From Flectonema sp. DT1601 (lineage: Eukaryota): a stretch of DNA of 64,000 bases. Under the pieces are notes generated by a model. It searched no databases and was not told where the DNA came from. It saw nothing but the letters and a program-made list of their open reading frames with translations. Position 1 is the first letter of the stretch. Each line of letters begins with the position of its first letter. The position numbers and the translations under genes were made by a program. This document shows, in pieces, positions 1 through 10,728 of this stretch. The stretch lies in NCBI GenBank assembly GCA_964019425.1, contig OZ025782.1, positions 496,001-560,000 of the forward strand, given 5' to 3'.

Positions 1-356
1 AGGAAGGAAGGGGAATCAAGTTGGAATTGGTATTGTGGCTTATTGTCAATGGTGGGTAATACGGGGAGGGTAACCTTGTCAAATTCGACAAGTCTTTTAA
101 GGGGTGTGTATCGACACACGGGGCCGGACGAAACATTCGACTTTCCACATGCGGGCTTTGAATATGCCCATGTGATAAGCAAGGATGTGTATTGGGATGA
201 GTGGTCCAAAAGGTTAGTTCTAGAAAATGAACAAAAGATGTTAGGCATGTGCCAAAAGGTAACTAATTTGGAATCGCAGGTGGCGTCATTGTTATCGCCA
301 CAGATGCATGGTGCGCAACCCCAGCCACAGATGCATGGTGTGCAACCCCAGCCACA
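1..356 (+). pseudogene. YR-retrotransposon gag, partial (window edge), interrupted in the QP minisatellite
   Basis: Identical to the gag at 10729-12009 up to ccagccaca, then switches to NA-1 sequence. Confidence 0.9.
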
Positions 357-597
357 GAGTTGAATTTCCAGGTGAGATTTGGACTGTTAGCTTTTGGCTA
401 AGGCCCTCCCTGAAGAGCAAGAACAAAAAAACTACTCACACCTGAAGAAAACATACACAAAGAACACACTGTAAGCTGTGTGTGTATTTTGTGTTTGTCA
501 CAACAGGAGAGAAAAGAAAGAATGTCAAGGTTGGTCACCTTGCCTATCAACGCACAACATTGGTGGTCTCTACTAGACCCTGAGTGATCCCACTGGA
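357..597 (-). mobile_element. NA-1 non-coding retroposon, 3'-terminal 240 bp
   Basis: Identical to 18049-18289, with the same junction into gag. Confidence 0.85.
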
Positions 598-634
598 CCA
601 ACGATTCTAAAGCTACAGTTTCTGTACTTTATTG
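597..634 (+). other. Spliced-leader (SL) mini-exon at the 5' end of the LINE
   Basis: ACCAACGATTCTAAAGCTACAGTTTCTGTACTTTATTG matches the recalled diplonemid 39-nt SL (AACCAACGAT...CTACAGTTTCTGTACTTTATTG). It is not followed by the SL-intron GT, so it is not an SL RNA gene. Confidence 0.9.
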
Positions 635-664
635 GAGAGGTAAGACACCCTTTAAAAAAATAAA

Positions 665-2389
665 ATGGCTGGTAAGAAAGCAATGCGTCCGCAAGATAGA
701 AGGGCTGCGGAAAGGAGAGAAAGAGAAAGGAAAGAGGCGAAGAAAATGAGGGAACAAGCCAAGAATGAAATCCGGGAAGAAGAAGAGAGGACACAAAAAC
801 AGCAAGAAGGAGACGAAGACATGGTGATGGGAGGATCACCAGAAGTATCAGAGGGAGAAGCGATGGAAGTGGAAGCACCACAAACAAAAGAAGCAAGCCA
901 AACGGCTGGTCCGAAACCGGAAACAAATCCTCCAACTCTGAAGCCAGAGCATTTCGGATGTAAACCATCAAAAATTATAAAGATGGAAGACGGAATCAAC
1001 AGCTCAACAGACGGCTTATCATTAGTACTGTCCCAACAAGCCTCTAAACTTGGAGAGGAATTCTACAAGACAGCTACGAAAACGAAGAGACTAACCCTGG
1101 TCTTCACCAAACCGCCAACGGAGTTAGCATTAAAATACGCGACAGCATCCCAACAGATTCAAACACCTGTCCAGATGGCAGTGGGACTAAGAATAAGATC
1201 ATGGTGGTTTGTGACTTTTACCGGAGCAACCTACACCCCAACACTAATAGTGGCAACAAACATAAAGCCACCGATCACTCACGAACTCATCGCGTGGGCT
1301 ACAGCAAAGGAGTTAGGAGGAGATGCTATCAGAAACCCAGCATCGCTTACTGCAAAAATCAAGGCAGTGGTTGGTGATCAGGGACGGGTCGACACAAGGA
1401 CATTCCGGATAGTTGGAAAGGGGGATTTTAGTGAAGTCACAGTCCTACCAAATGATGAAAAGGCAGCAATCGCACTGATGCACAACTCAGGGAGTAACAA
1501 AGTTTACTTCAGGATAAAATCGATAGAGGGCCTGACCAAGCATGTCTATGAAACAGTATGGCTTGACAGGAAAACTTCGAATGAGGAAGCCATGGGAGTC
1601 CTGAAGGCACAACAAGACATGTGCATGGGGCTGACTACCAACTATGGGAAGATAGGGATAAGGGTGAGTGCCTCTGCAAACGTAGAGAAAGTACGGAAGG
1701 GTGCCGGGAAATTCGCTGCGCAAGTCTACGGTGCTGGACTGTACCGTATCAGTGGTGCACAGTACAGGTGGTCGAACCGGCTCCAGGGAATGCTCTTGGA
1801 AGCGGGATTAAATTCTAAATTTATTCGCATGGAGAAAGGCGACTTCTTGGTCGCCCTCGATAAAAGTCCGAAAAGCCAGTTCTTACAATGTGGTGAGACC
1901 CTGATGTCTATTGAGAAAATGGAGCTGCCAGAAGACCAAAAACAACCAAAACCAGCCGTACAAAAGTATCGAGATGCGAAAATATCTTATGCGGAAGCAA
2001 CTAAAAAGACACTGCAAGGAAACAAGCAGCCCCAACAACAAGAAAATAAACTGCCCCCATCGCAGGGAAAAACGCAAGAACTGAAGAAAGTAGAAGATGG
2101 TCTCAAGACTATGAAGGAAAGAACTGACGAGACGCTAGCAAAATTACAAACTGAGGTAGCTGACTTGCAAACTAGATTGGATGAAACGATGTCAAAAATG
2201 ACGCAGATAATTGAAGGACTGACCAATGCGACAAAGAAAAATGAAGAAATGATTGTTAAAAATTATCAACAAATGTTGAATGCAATATCTCAAATTGCAA
2301 CCGCCGTCAACAAGATAGAAGCCAAGGTAGGGCTAAGCGGAACTACCCACCAAGTAACAGCAAACCAAAACCACTGTCAAAATGATTGA
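665..2389 (+). CDS. LINE ORF1 (574 aa; charged N-terminus, C-terminal coiled coil)
   Basis: ATG 30 nt after the SL; overlaps the ORF2 start by 8 nt; heptad-rich C-terminus. Confidence 0.8.
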   Translation: MAGKKAMRPQDRRAAERRERERKEAKKMREQAKNEIREEEERTQKQQEGDEDMVMGGSPEVSEGEAMEVEAPQTKEASQTAGPKPETNPPTLKPEHFGCKPSKIIKMEDGINSSTDGLSLVLSQQASKLGEEFYKTATKTKRLTLVFTKPPTELALKYATASQQIQTPVQMAVGLRIRSWWFVTFTGATYTPTLIVATNIKPPITHELIAWATAKELGGDAIRNPASLTAKIKAVVGDQGRVDTRTFRIVGKGDFSEVTVLPNDEKAAIALMHNSGSNKVYFRIKSIEGLTKHVYETVWLDRKTSNEEAMGVLKAQQDMCMGLTTNYGKIGIRVSASANVEKVRKGAGKFAAQVYGAGLYRISGAQYRWSNRLQGMLLEAGLNSKFIRMEKGDFLVALDKSPKSQFLQCGETLMSIEKMELPEDQKQPKPAVQKYRDAKISYAEATKKTLQGNKQPQQQENKLPPSQGKTQELKKVEDGLKTMKERTDETLAKLQTEVADLQTRLDETMSKMTQIIEGLTNATKKNEEMIVKNYQQMLNAISQIATAVNKIEAKVGLSGTTHQVTANQNHCQND

Positions 2390-5300
2390 GATTTGGTCCA
2401 ATAACATAAGATCGATACTACAAAATGAAAACTTCTTCCAATTAAATCGATCGTTAAGAGAGCACAAGCCAGAAATTGTTCTACTACAAGAAACATGGCT
2501 CAATTACGGAAAATTTCTGAATATAGATGGTTATATTATAATTCGAAGAGACAGCCTTCTGAAGGTAGGATACCGAGGTCTGGCCATACTTGTCAGAATG
2601 GATATTAAAAATTATGTGACTAAACTCCCCGACATCTCATACGACCAAACTGAGATACTAACTGTAGAATTGCGATCAACACCGCCATTAAAAATACACA
2701 ATGTATATCACCCGCCTAACGTAACGGCAACCACATGGAAGTTACCAACAGAGCCAGGAACACTGGTAGCAGGCGATATCAACGGACATCATGAGATCTG
2801 GTCAAAAGGAAAGACGAATTCAGCAGGAACAAGCTTCTATAATTGGTCATTAGAAGCTGCCATGGAAGTATTAAACGAGCCCCAGCAGATAACGAGACCA
2901 TTGAGCTCATCCTCCCCAGATATTATTGCTCTGGATAATTCAATGATGGCAAACATAGGACTGCCAAATGGATGGAGTAGCGACCATCTTCCAATAAGTG
3001 TAAAGATTGAAAACATACACTTGACGAAAACCAAACCACAATCGAACGAGATGTGGCAATGGAAATGGAAGTGTGCAAAGTGGCATGCATACTCGGAGGT
3101 TTTAACGACGGCGGCAACGAAGTTAAAGAATATTGAAACAGTGCAAAAACTTGCAACAAGGATCTCTGTAGAAATTCTGAAGGCTGCGAAACAAACCATA
3201 CCGGGCTATAAGAAAAGGACGCAAACCACCTTCTCAGTGAGGGATCCAGAAATAGAAAGACTGCTTGATGAACCCAACCAGGACAAAGTTGACAAGGATG
3301 CCATTGCGGAAGGCATCAGAAAAATTAAAAGAAACATCATCGAATGTGACATGACTGGGATGGACTACCAATGGGCTTTCAGAAAAGTAAAGCAACTTGA
3401 AGGGGGCATTGTTGATAATAACATTAGCGAATTAGAACATGAAGGCAGTACAACAACTGATCCAAAAGAAATGGCAGACATATTTACCACGGCATACGCG
3501 ACACAATTCAATCTGGTAGACGACGAAGTGCCCTCCTTGGTATTTGAGAACAAACCAGGGGACGAAGGCAATGAAGAATTCACAATGAGAGAACTAAAGC
3601 GACAGCTCAAGAAATTAAAAGACAAGAAAGCACCTGGACCGGATGGGGTGTGGAACACTATGTTAAAGAAACTCCCAGAAACATTTATGGTGCAACTCTT
3701 ACGGCTGTTCAACATGACTTGGGAAAAGTCGGCGGTTCCGAGATCTTGGAAGTATGGGATAGTAGTTCCAATCTTAAAATCGGGAAAAGACAAGAAACGT
3801 GTACTCTCTTACCGACCAATAACATTGACGTCAGCAATAAGCAAGTTGTTTGAGAAGATGATGGCAGAAAGGATGCATCATTTACTTGGGGACAGAATGA
3901 GTGCGCGGCAAGCCGCATATAAAAGAGGGCGCAGTGCCGTAGAAAATCTCTGCATGATAACAGAGAGACTACTAGATGGAAGGTACCGAGGTAGGGAATC
4001 GATGTTAATGACGTTTGACCTGCAGAAGGCATTCGATGCCGTCCAACCGAAAATTCTACTGAAGAGGATGTCTGAAGTTGGGATACCGGCGAAATACACA
4101 AGATGGGTCCAGAGCTATTTGACTGGGAGAAAGATCACAACCAGAGTAAACGGCGAAAAGGGAACATTCAAACACATACAAGTTGGAGTACCCCAAGGAA
4201 GTGTCCTAGGACCACAGCTATTCTCGATATACATCGAAAGCCTTATACGAGAATTGAATAGGTATAAACCAGCAGTCTTTGCAGATGATGTTGGGCTCGT
4301 GATGACATCTCCAGATGTTAAAGGACTGGAGGACAAAGCTAACACAGCAGTACGCATCTTCTCAAATTGGGCCGCAGCATCCCACATTTGTATAAACAAG
4401 AGCCCGGGTAAAACAGAGTTCATACATGTGAGGCCGGATACCGATAGCCAAGAAAATAAGTCTCCACAAGTGCTATACCCGGAGGGGCACACCTTCAAAT
4501 ATGTCGTCACAACAGCAGAGGCCATCCGAAAAATGCTAAATAATCAGGACTCAACTACTATAGGCAATTCTAAAAAGGCGATAACACATTTCTATGTGGT
4601 TCCGCAGCATAAAATAAAACGAAAATTACCGACGACAGAAACTGTATTGGTAGACATGCAGATGGAACCTAGTAAATGCTCACAACTGCAAAAGGTTCGC
4701 ACCAGAGGAGACATCCTGAGGATGCTACAAGGAACTGGATCTGGTCTCAAGGCTTTTGCATTTTCGGTGGTGGACAAACTACATGAAACGGATGTAGTTA
4801 GATACTTGGGAGTTCTGTACGACAAAAACCTCGACTTCAAAACTCACATGCGAAAGATGATGACGGCAGCCTCCAGAGGACTGGGGCTCCTGCTAAGACT
4901 CTCCAGGATGGGATGCAGGAAGAGAACCCTCATCTGTGTTCTGGTGACCGTTGTAATGGCGAGAGTGCTCTATGGGGTTGAAAGTTTTGCCTGGCTGCTG
5001 CCAAAGAGAGGTGACGTCAGTCTTGAGAGGCTAAACATCTTAATAAACAGAGCCGCTAGACAGGTAACGGGATGTCTGCCAAGCACCAGACTGAGGAACT
5101 TGTACCATGAAGCAGATATGCCGAAATTACAAGAACACATACGCTACAAGATGTGTAGGGCCTATGAAGAATTCAAATTAAGTCCCCACCTACCAGCTTG
5201 TAGCCTCACAATGACGGAGGGAGGCCTAAACTACCCACCAAAAACAGCTTGGGGTCGCATAGTTTGGGATGAATATGTGTCGGGGATCCCGGGACTCGAC

Positions 5301-6347
5301 AAACACAGAAGCTCGTATCACTCGGAAATCAATCCAAAGCACTATAAGATGCGATCATGGAAGGTAACTAATGCAATGGAATTCAACTACTGTTTTGGAA
5401 AAGAAGAGGCAAAAGACAAAGAAGCCGGTCTACCAATTGAAGACGTGAAGGTGTACACAGATGGGTCTATTAGACATAGGACGAAGACGTACATGACTAA
5501 GTCAGGAGCATCTGTGATAATAGTGAAGGGTAAGGAAGTTAGCATGACCGGATTCAGAATACCTGTAGCAGGAAGCTCCTACAGAACTGAACAGATAGCC
5601 GTGGAACAAGCGATGAGGATACTCCTGGAAAACAAAAAGGCATCCGAAGGAATACTTCCCACAACAAAGACGCATATTCTAACTGACTCAATGTCGCTAA
5701 TACAGGCACTTGAGCGAGGACCTGAAGAACAGAAATCTGCTACAAACGCATCAATCTGGAAGTTAGCACTGAAACTGGAACACAGAGGTGTTAATATTAA
5801 CATGCAGTATGTCCCAGCACATATGGATGTGCTGTATAATGAAATAGCAGACAAGGTGGCAAAACACGCTGCAGGTACGATAAAGAAACCTCCAGATGAC
5901 AGTGTGGTACTCGAGAGTTTAGTTACTAGACTGGATATGGGAACCCTTATGACTTTTCACAAGAGAAGAAAACGAGAGGAGTGGATTGGAGCCGGCGAAC
6001 AGAGGCATCCACCTTTTGTAGAAGAACTGACGAGACCACAAGAAGTCCTAATGTCCCGCTTCAGAGTTGGACACTGTAGATCTCTTAAACTAAAAGGAAT
6101 AAACGAACAGTGCATCTTCTGTCATGGAGATACTGCAACACCGCATCATGTGCTTTTCAAGTGCAACCACTGGTGTATCCAAAAGATGAGATCATTGTAC
6201 ATACACAGCATGATTAATACCGAAACTGGTGAAGTAGTGAGTAAAGTAGAGGACTGCTTCTTAAAGGAGAATCAACGCAGCATGTCCAACTTTGTAGTGG
6301 TACTGGACCAAATAGCTGAAATACTCGGAAGACCTGGAAATCCATAA
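2382..6347 (+). CDS. LINE ORF2: AP endonuclease, reverse transcriptase, RNase H, CCHC
   Basis: LQETW, GDINGH, SDHLPI (APE); APGPDG, YRPITL, PQGSVLGP, FADD, YLGV (RT); YTDGS, TDSMS, VPAH, NEIAD (RNase H); CIFC..H..C. Confidence 0.96.
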   Translation: MIEIWSNNIRSILQNENFFQLNRSLREHKPEIVLLQETWLNYGKFLNIDGYIIIRRDSLLKVGYRGLAILVRMDIKNYVTKLPDISYDQTEILTVELRSTPPLKIHNVYHPPNVTATTWKLPTEPGTLVAGDINGHHEIWSKGKTNSAGTSFYNWSLEAAMEVLNEPQQITRPLSSSSPDIIALDNSMMANIGLPNGWSSDHLPISVKIENIHLTKTKPQSNEMWQWKWKCAKWHAYSEVLTTAATKLKNIETVQKLATRISVEILKAAKQTIPGYKKRTQTTFSVRDPEIERLLDEPNQDKVDKDAIAEGIRKIKRNIIECDMTGMDYQWAFRKVKQLEGGIVDNNISELEHEGSTTTDPKEMADIFTTAYATQFNLVDDEVPSLVFENKPGDEGNEEFTMRELKRQLKKLKDKKAPGPDGVWNTMLKKLPETFMVQLLRLFNMTWEKSAVPRSWKYGIVVPILKSGKDKKRVLSYRPITLTSAISKLFEKMMAERMHHLLGDRMSARQAAYKRGRSAVENLCMITERLLDGRYRGRESMLMTFDLQKAFDAVQPKILLKRMSEVGIPAKYTRWVQSYLTGRKITTRVNGEKGTFKHIQVGVPQGSVLGPQLFSIYIESLIRELNRYKPAVFADDVGLVMTSPDVKGLEDKANTAVRIFSNWAAASHICINKSPGKTEFIHVRPDTDSQENKSPQVLYPEGHTFKYVVTTAEAIRKMLNNQDSTTIGNSKKAITHFYVVPQHKIKRKLPTTETVLVDMQMEPSKCSQLQKVRTRGDILRMLQGTGSGLKAFAFSVVDKLHETDVVRYLGVLYDKNLDFKTHMRKMMTAASRGLGLLLRLSRMGCRKRTLICVLVTVVMARVLYGVESFAWLLPKRGDVSLERLNILINRAARQVTGCLPSTRLRNLYHEADMPKLQEHIRYKMCRAYEEFKLSPHLPACSLTMTEGGLNYPPKTAWGRIVWDEYVSGIPGLDKHRSSYHSEINPKHYKMRSWKVTNAMEFNYCFGKEEAKDKEAGLPIEDVKVYTDGSIRHRTKTYMTKSGASVIIVKGKEVSMTGFRIPVAGSSYRTEQIAVEQAMRILLENKKASEGILPTTKTHILTDSMSLIQALERGPEEQKSATNASIWKLALKLEHRGVNINMQYVPAHMDVLYNEIADKVAKHAAGTIKKPPDDSVVLESLVTRLDMGTLMTFHKRRKREEWIGAGEQRHPPFVEELTRPQEVLMSRFRVGHCRSLKLKGINEQCIFCHGDTATPHHVLFKCNHWCIQKMRSLYIHSMINTETGEVVSKVEDCFLKENQRSMSNFVVVLDQIAEILGRPGNP

Positions 6348-6556
6348 TTTAAAGATGCGGTTCTTAGACCAAATGAGGAAGTAAACTGAACTCTTTAGTA
6401 ATTGATAAACAAAGAAAACAAAGAAGATACGAAGCCTACGGGAACCCCCCATCCCATCCCCAATCCCCACAAAAAGAAAGTTTACAGAAGAAAGAAAGAA
6501 CAACCGCGCCTAACAGCGCAAACAGCAAAGCAGGTCGAAGGAACCTGCAGTGCACA

Positions 6557-6590
<34 letters not shown>

Positions 6591-6592
<2 letters not shown>

Positions 6593-8053
6593 CCAGCCAC
6601 AGATGCATGGTGTGCAACCCCAGCCACAGATGCATGGTGCGCAACCCCAGCCACAGATGCATGGTGCGCAACCCCAGCCACAAATTCAACAAGAGAGTGG
6701 TATGATGCAACAAATGATGGCACTATTATCGCAAAATCAACAATTATGTCAGATGCAGTTGCAGCATTCATCGGGATTATTAAAAAAGAAGTCAGCAGAT
6801 GTGTGTCAATTGTCACCAGAGAACATCGAATGTCTGGATTTTGATCTAGCGACGGATGCGACTAACGTGTTACAATGGCGCGATATTTTGGCGCAGGGTG
6901 GATCAGAAAGGTTGCTGGATAAACTAGAAAACAAATACTGGTCAGTGCACAGGGGTAAATTGGCCACGAGGGAGTTAAGGGAGTTGAAGGCAGCCTTTGA
7001 AATTGTAAGAGATAATGTGAGGGTGGCAAGTACTAGATCAGCGGACTGGATTACTTCCAAACCATTGGTTCGGAGTATGAATAAATCATTGGAGTCGTTG
7101 ATTATGAAATGGGAGTACACGACGAAAAGGATTAGCTCTGACGATATTGAACGAAGGGTCAAATCAGGGATGTTGTTTGAGAAGGCAGTGAGGATGGCAG
7201 AGGTTGATGCAGAGAAAAAGCACAAGATAGAAATGAGCGGGAAAGGGTATAAGGGGAGTTGGAATCCACGGAATTTCGAGTACAGGGGAAAAGGGTTCTC
7301 GGGAAACGTTGGGGGGGCTGGCAAAGGTCACAAATGAACCGAGGTCAGCCCCGAGTTAGTAAAGCGGTTTTTAAGCCGCGATCAGGGAGGCACTTGCCAA
7401 AGAAGGTCAGTGTCAGAAGAGTTAGCTCAAGTTCCAGATCGTATTTTGGAAATAAGGGAGAAGATTCTGCGATCAGAAGGGGCCGAGGTGTCGACGTTGA
7501 TCGGCAGTCTTATGAAGAACCGAATCGAGGATCAGGTGAGGAGGGTCCAAAGAGGTCGGAACAAAGAGTTTTCAATGGACCTGAACGAGTCGCTGTTAGT
7601 TATGGAAGAGATCGCAGGAAAGATGTGGGCCCAAAGTACGATGCGAAACCGCCAGTGCTTGTGGGATCGTTTATTGATTTGGGTGGAGCGGAACGATGTT
7701 CCGGTAAACCAGGACACAGTGGCGCTGTTTGTGACAGCAACGAAAGTTTCAAAGCAGGGAATGCTGGCTTATTCAAAGGCATTCTCAGGCATGCTGAAGA
7801 GGATGGGATTGGAGAACGAAACGTTGAAGCAGTTGGCAGCGGCGTTGAGAGCGGACGGGGCTGCAGTCCCATTAGATCAAGCGGAGCCAATAGATCGGTT
7901 TACTTTAATCGCATGGGCGATGAGACAAGATGTCCAGTTGAGAGTGGGCTTGTTGATCGCTTGGAAGTCGGTAGCGAGATGGGGAGAAGTTTGGAAGTTG
8001 GGAAGGAGAAATTTCATTTTCGTTTCTGTGGAAGAGATCATTGTGGACTGGTG
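6591..8053 (+). pseudogene. Rest of the interrupted YR element copy (gag 3' half plus truncated YR)
   Basis: Matches 11263-12725, then a deletion jumps to spacer sequence through a tgg microhomology. Confidence 0.9.
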
Positions 8054-8462
8054 GTTTGTATCCCCTGGGTGTTTAGCGTCACCTGTTGAGGTGTAATGTA
8101 TTCTGTTTACTTCTATCCCTTTGTTTTTTTTTTTTTTTTTTTTTATTTCAAACAGGACAGCAGGGGGAAAGTTTGTTTCGTACCCCCCGGGTGCTTAGCG
8201 TCACCCTCCATGCGATGCTTGCGCAGGGAGAGCCAAGGGTCGAGAACCCTGGAGATTACCTTTGTTTCTTTTTGTGACTGGATTGCAGTGGCGCAACCCA
8301 TCACCCCACCTGTTGGTATCTTTTTATTTTTTTTATTTAAAGAAAAAAGCAGGCTAAGTCGCCTGAGCTGGCATCGCCAGAATATTCAACTTCACATGGC
8401 AATGTCAGCTCGTGAAGGGATCCAGTTGGATCAAAGGTTTTCTCCCCCCCCACTCTATTTAT

Positions 8463-9018
8463 CGTCATTGGTGCGCACCTTCGAACAGGAAGGCCAACAC
8501 TGACGGAATTTTTTACTTCTCTTTCATAGTTTACTCAGGGAATGATCACCAAGTCCACTTTTGTGCCTTTTTCTTACTGTTTTTTACTTTAAATTTTTCT
8601 GGTTAAAAATACCAAAAATTGTGCCGTGATCGGGAATTGAACCCCCGACCACGGTTACGTAAGCGATTTAAGGTCGACGACCATAACAACTCGGCTATGC
8701 AGGCTCTGGTACGTCGAAAATTATTTTATACTTATTACTTTTCTGTCCTAACGGAACGGAAAATGAAAAATGTCCTTCCTTATCTAAAATGCACTCTGCA
8801 CCTATTATGTTGGTTCAGCAGTGGCTTATCGAACTTATTAGCTCTCGTTGCACTGGTTAGCGCTGTGTTTGAGACGTTATATTATATCGGTACACTTTTA
8901 ACTAATATGTTACTTCCTTTCCTTAGCAAATTTTGCTCTTTTTGTTATTTCTCTAAAACAAAAGAATGTCTACACCACCAATTGTGGAAATTCCGCATGT
9001 AGAATCTGAGATGGATTT
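8463..9018 (+). repeat. 556-bp local tandem duplication (spacer end, SDR-a, gag start)
   Basis: Sequence restarts at cgtcattggtgcg at 9019; ORF track offset 8619 to 9175. Confidence 0.85.
8622..8704 (-). ncRNA. tRNA-like Pol III unit in SDR-a (also 9178-9260, 15165-15247, 17133-17215, 23940-24022, 26116-26198)
   Basis: Minus strand GCCTGCATAGCCGAGTTG...GGTTCAATTCCC...GGCA then TTTTT: A box, B box and terminator. Acceptor and anticodon stems are mispaired, so not a canonical tRNA. Confidence 0.65.
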
Positions 9019-9265
9019 CGTCATTGGTGCGCACCTTCGAACAGGAAGGCCAACACTGACGGAATTTTTTACTTCTCTTTCATAGTTTACTCAGGGAATG
9101 ATCACCAAGTCCACTTTTGTGCCTTTTTCTTACTGTTTTTTACTTTAAATTTTTCTGGTTAAAAATACCAAAAATTGTGCCGTGACCGGGAATTGAACCC
9201 CCGACCACGGTTACGTAAGCGATTTAAGGTCGACGACCATAACAACTCGGCTATGCAGGCTCTGG

Positions 9266-10467
9266 TTTTTTTTTTTTTTTTTTTTGGTTACACTCGTCTG
9301 TGCTTCCAGACTCTTTGTTTTTGTTCTTTTCACTTCTTTGTTTTGTCTTTCTTTTATACTTTCTTTTGGTTTAAGTCTGACAAATTGGAAAACACGGGAA
9401 ACATAGGTAGGCTCCGCCTGAGGACGTAAGAAGAGCGGCAACGGAAAAATAAGTGGTCACGCGTCCTTGAAATTGGACACATGAAGCTAATTCGGTTACC
9501 ATTCCTACCATCGATAAGGAAAAACAAAGAATCGAGCATATAACTAGAGCGGTGGTCAAAGACCACTTGAACAGCCCGAAGGCCTGCCCTCAAGAGAAAT
9601 TTATAAGGAGAATAGGAGAAGAAGGAGAAAGGAGTATTGGAAGGGACACTGAGACAACACCGAAGGTGATGTGCAGTTACCCAACCAGGAGATGATTGAT
9701 AATGATGAAAATACTAAATATTGATAAAACACTTAAATGGCGACTACGTGTCACCTACACAATTCCAAAGTCTCAGGTTGGATGCTTGTTCCATCCACCT
9801 GATCAACATCGCTACTGAAGGAAGCCAGCTGGTGGCAAAGATTGAGCCAAGACTGGCAGGAATGCCGTTGATGAGGATTAGATCACTTGATCGGTCCCAT
9901 TTGCCTGTCAATGTAGAAAAGCCAAGGATTTCATATCTGGCTGCATCGAGTTTCTGTGATGGACAGCCTACGAGTAGGTGGAGTTGGTTGGATGGAGCGC
10001 TATGGCAGAATGGACATATGATGGCTTTCCGCCAGTTTTGCATCAGTGGATGACACCCCGTTCTAAAATTCGCAATTCTGATTTCATCGCTCCTTTTCAT
10101 GTCGGGAGGATATTTTATCGCGGCACCTTTGACGGTGTTTTTATAGCAAGTGTAACCAATTCTGTTCCAAATGTCCTTCGTGATCCCCCTCCTCACTCGG
10201 GATTTGTGATAGAAGAAGGATCCTCGGATTGGGATTTGAGGGAGGTATCTGTTGTGAGCCGATTTCTTAGCAAGTTCATCAACTTCGTCGTGTGCTTCTA
10301 TCCCCATGTGAGAAGGGATGAATTGAAGATGTACTTTCATACCGCAGTTCCGTAGGTTCTCGAGGATGCCGAGGGATCTGGTGTTTCTCTGTTTACACCT
10401 GCCACCCTTCAACTCGTCCAACAATGATTTTGAGTCGGTATAGATTCTGACTGACTTAGTTAGCCCG
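9266..10467 (-). mobile_element. 5'-truncated second APE-type LINE (RNase H C-terminus, CCHC, 3' UTR, poly(A))
   Basis: YTDSKS, FIPSHMGIEAHDEVDELAK, CPFC..H..C in ORF 9744-10424; poly(T) at 9266-9286; TSD tctgg(t) at 9261 and 10468. Confidence 0.9.
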
Positions 10468-10728
10468 TCTGGTACGTCGAAAATTATTTTATACTTATTA
10501 CTTTTCTGTCCTAACGGAACGGAAAATGAAAAATGTCCTTCCTTATCTAAAATGCACTCTGCACCTATTATGTTGGTTCAGCAGTGGCTTATCGAACTTA
10601 TTAGCTCTCGTTGCACTGGTTAGCGCTGTGTTTGAGACGTTATATTATATCGGTACACTTTTAACTAATATGTTACTTCCTTTCCTTAGCAAATTTTGCT
10701 CTTTTTGTTATTTCTCTAAAACAAAAGA

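Larger units (their letters stand above)
597..6590 (+). mobile_element. Full-length APE-type non-LTR retrotransposon (I-group/ingi-like), two ORFs, poly(A) tail
   Basis: SL at the 5' end, ORF1 and ORF2, A33 at 6558-6590, then gag sequence resumes. Confidence 0.92.

Noticed and set aside
6402..7337. 311-aa ORF
   Set aside because: Chance in-frame fusion of LINE 3' UTR and poly(A) with the gag remainder; TTG start
8622..8704. Functional suppressor or Leu tRNA serving gag read-through
   Set aside because: Acceptor stem has three mismatches; possible anticodons TTA/TAA do not read the UGA stop
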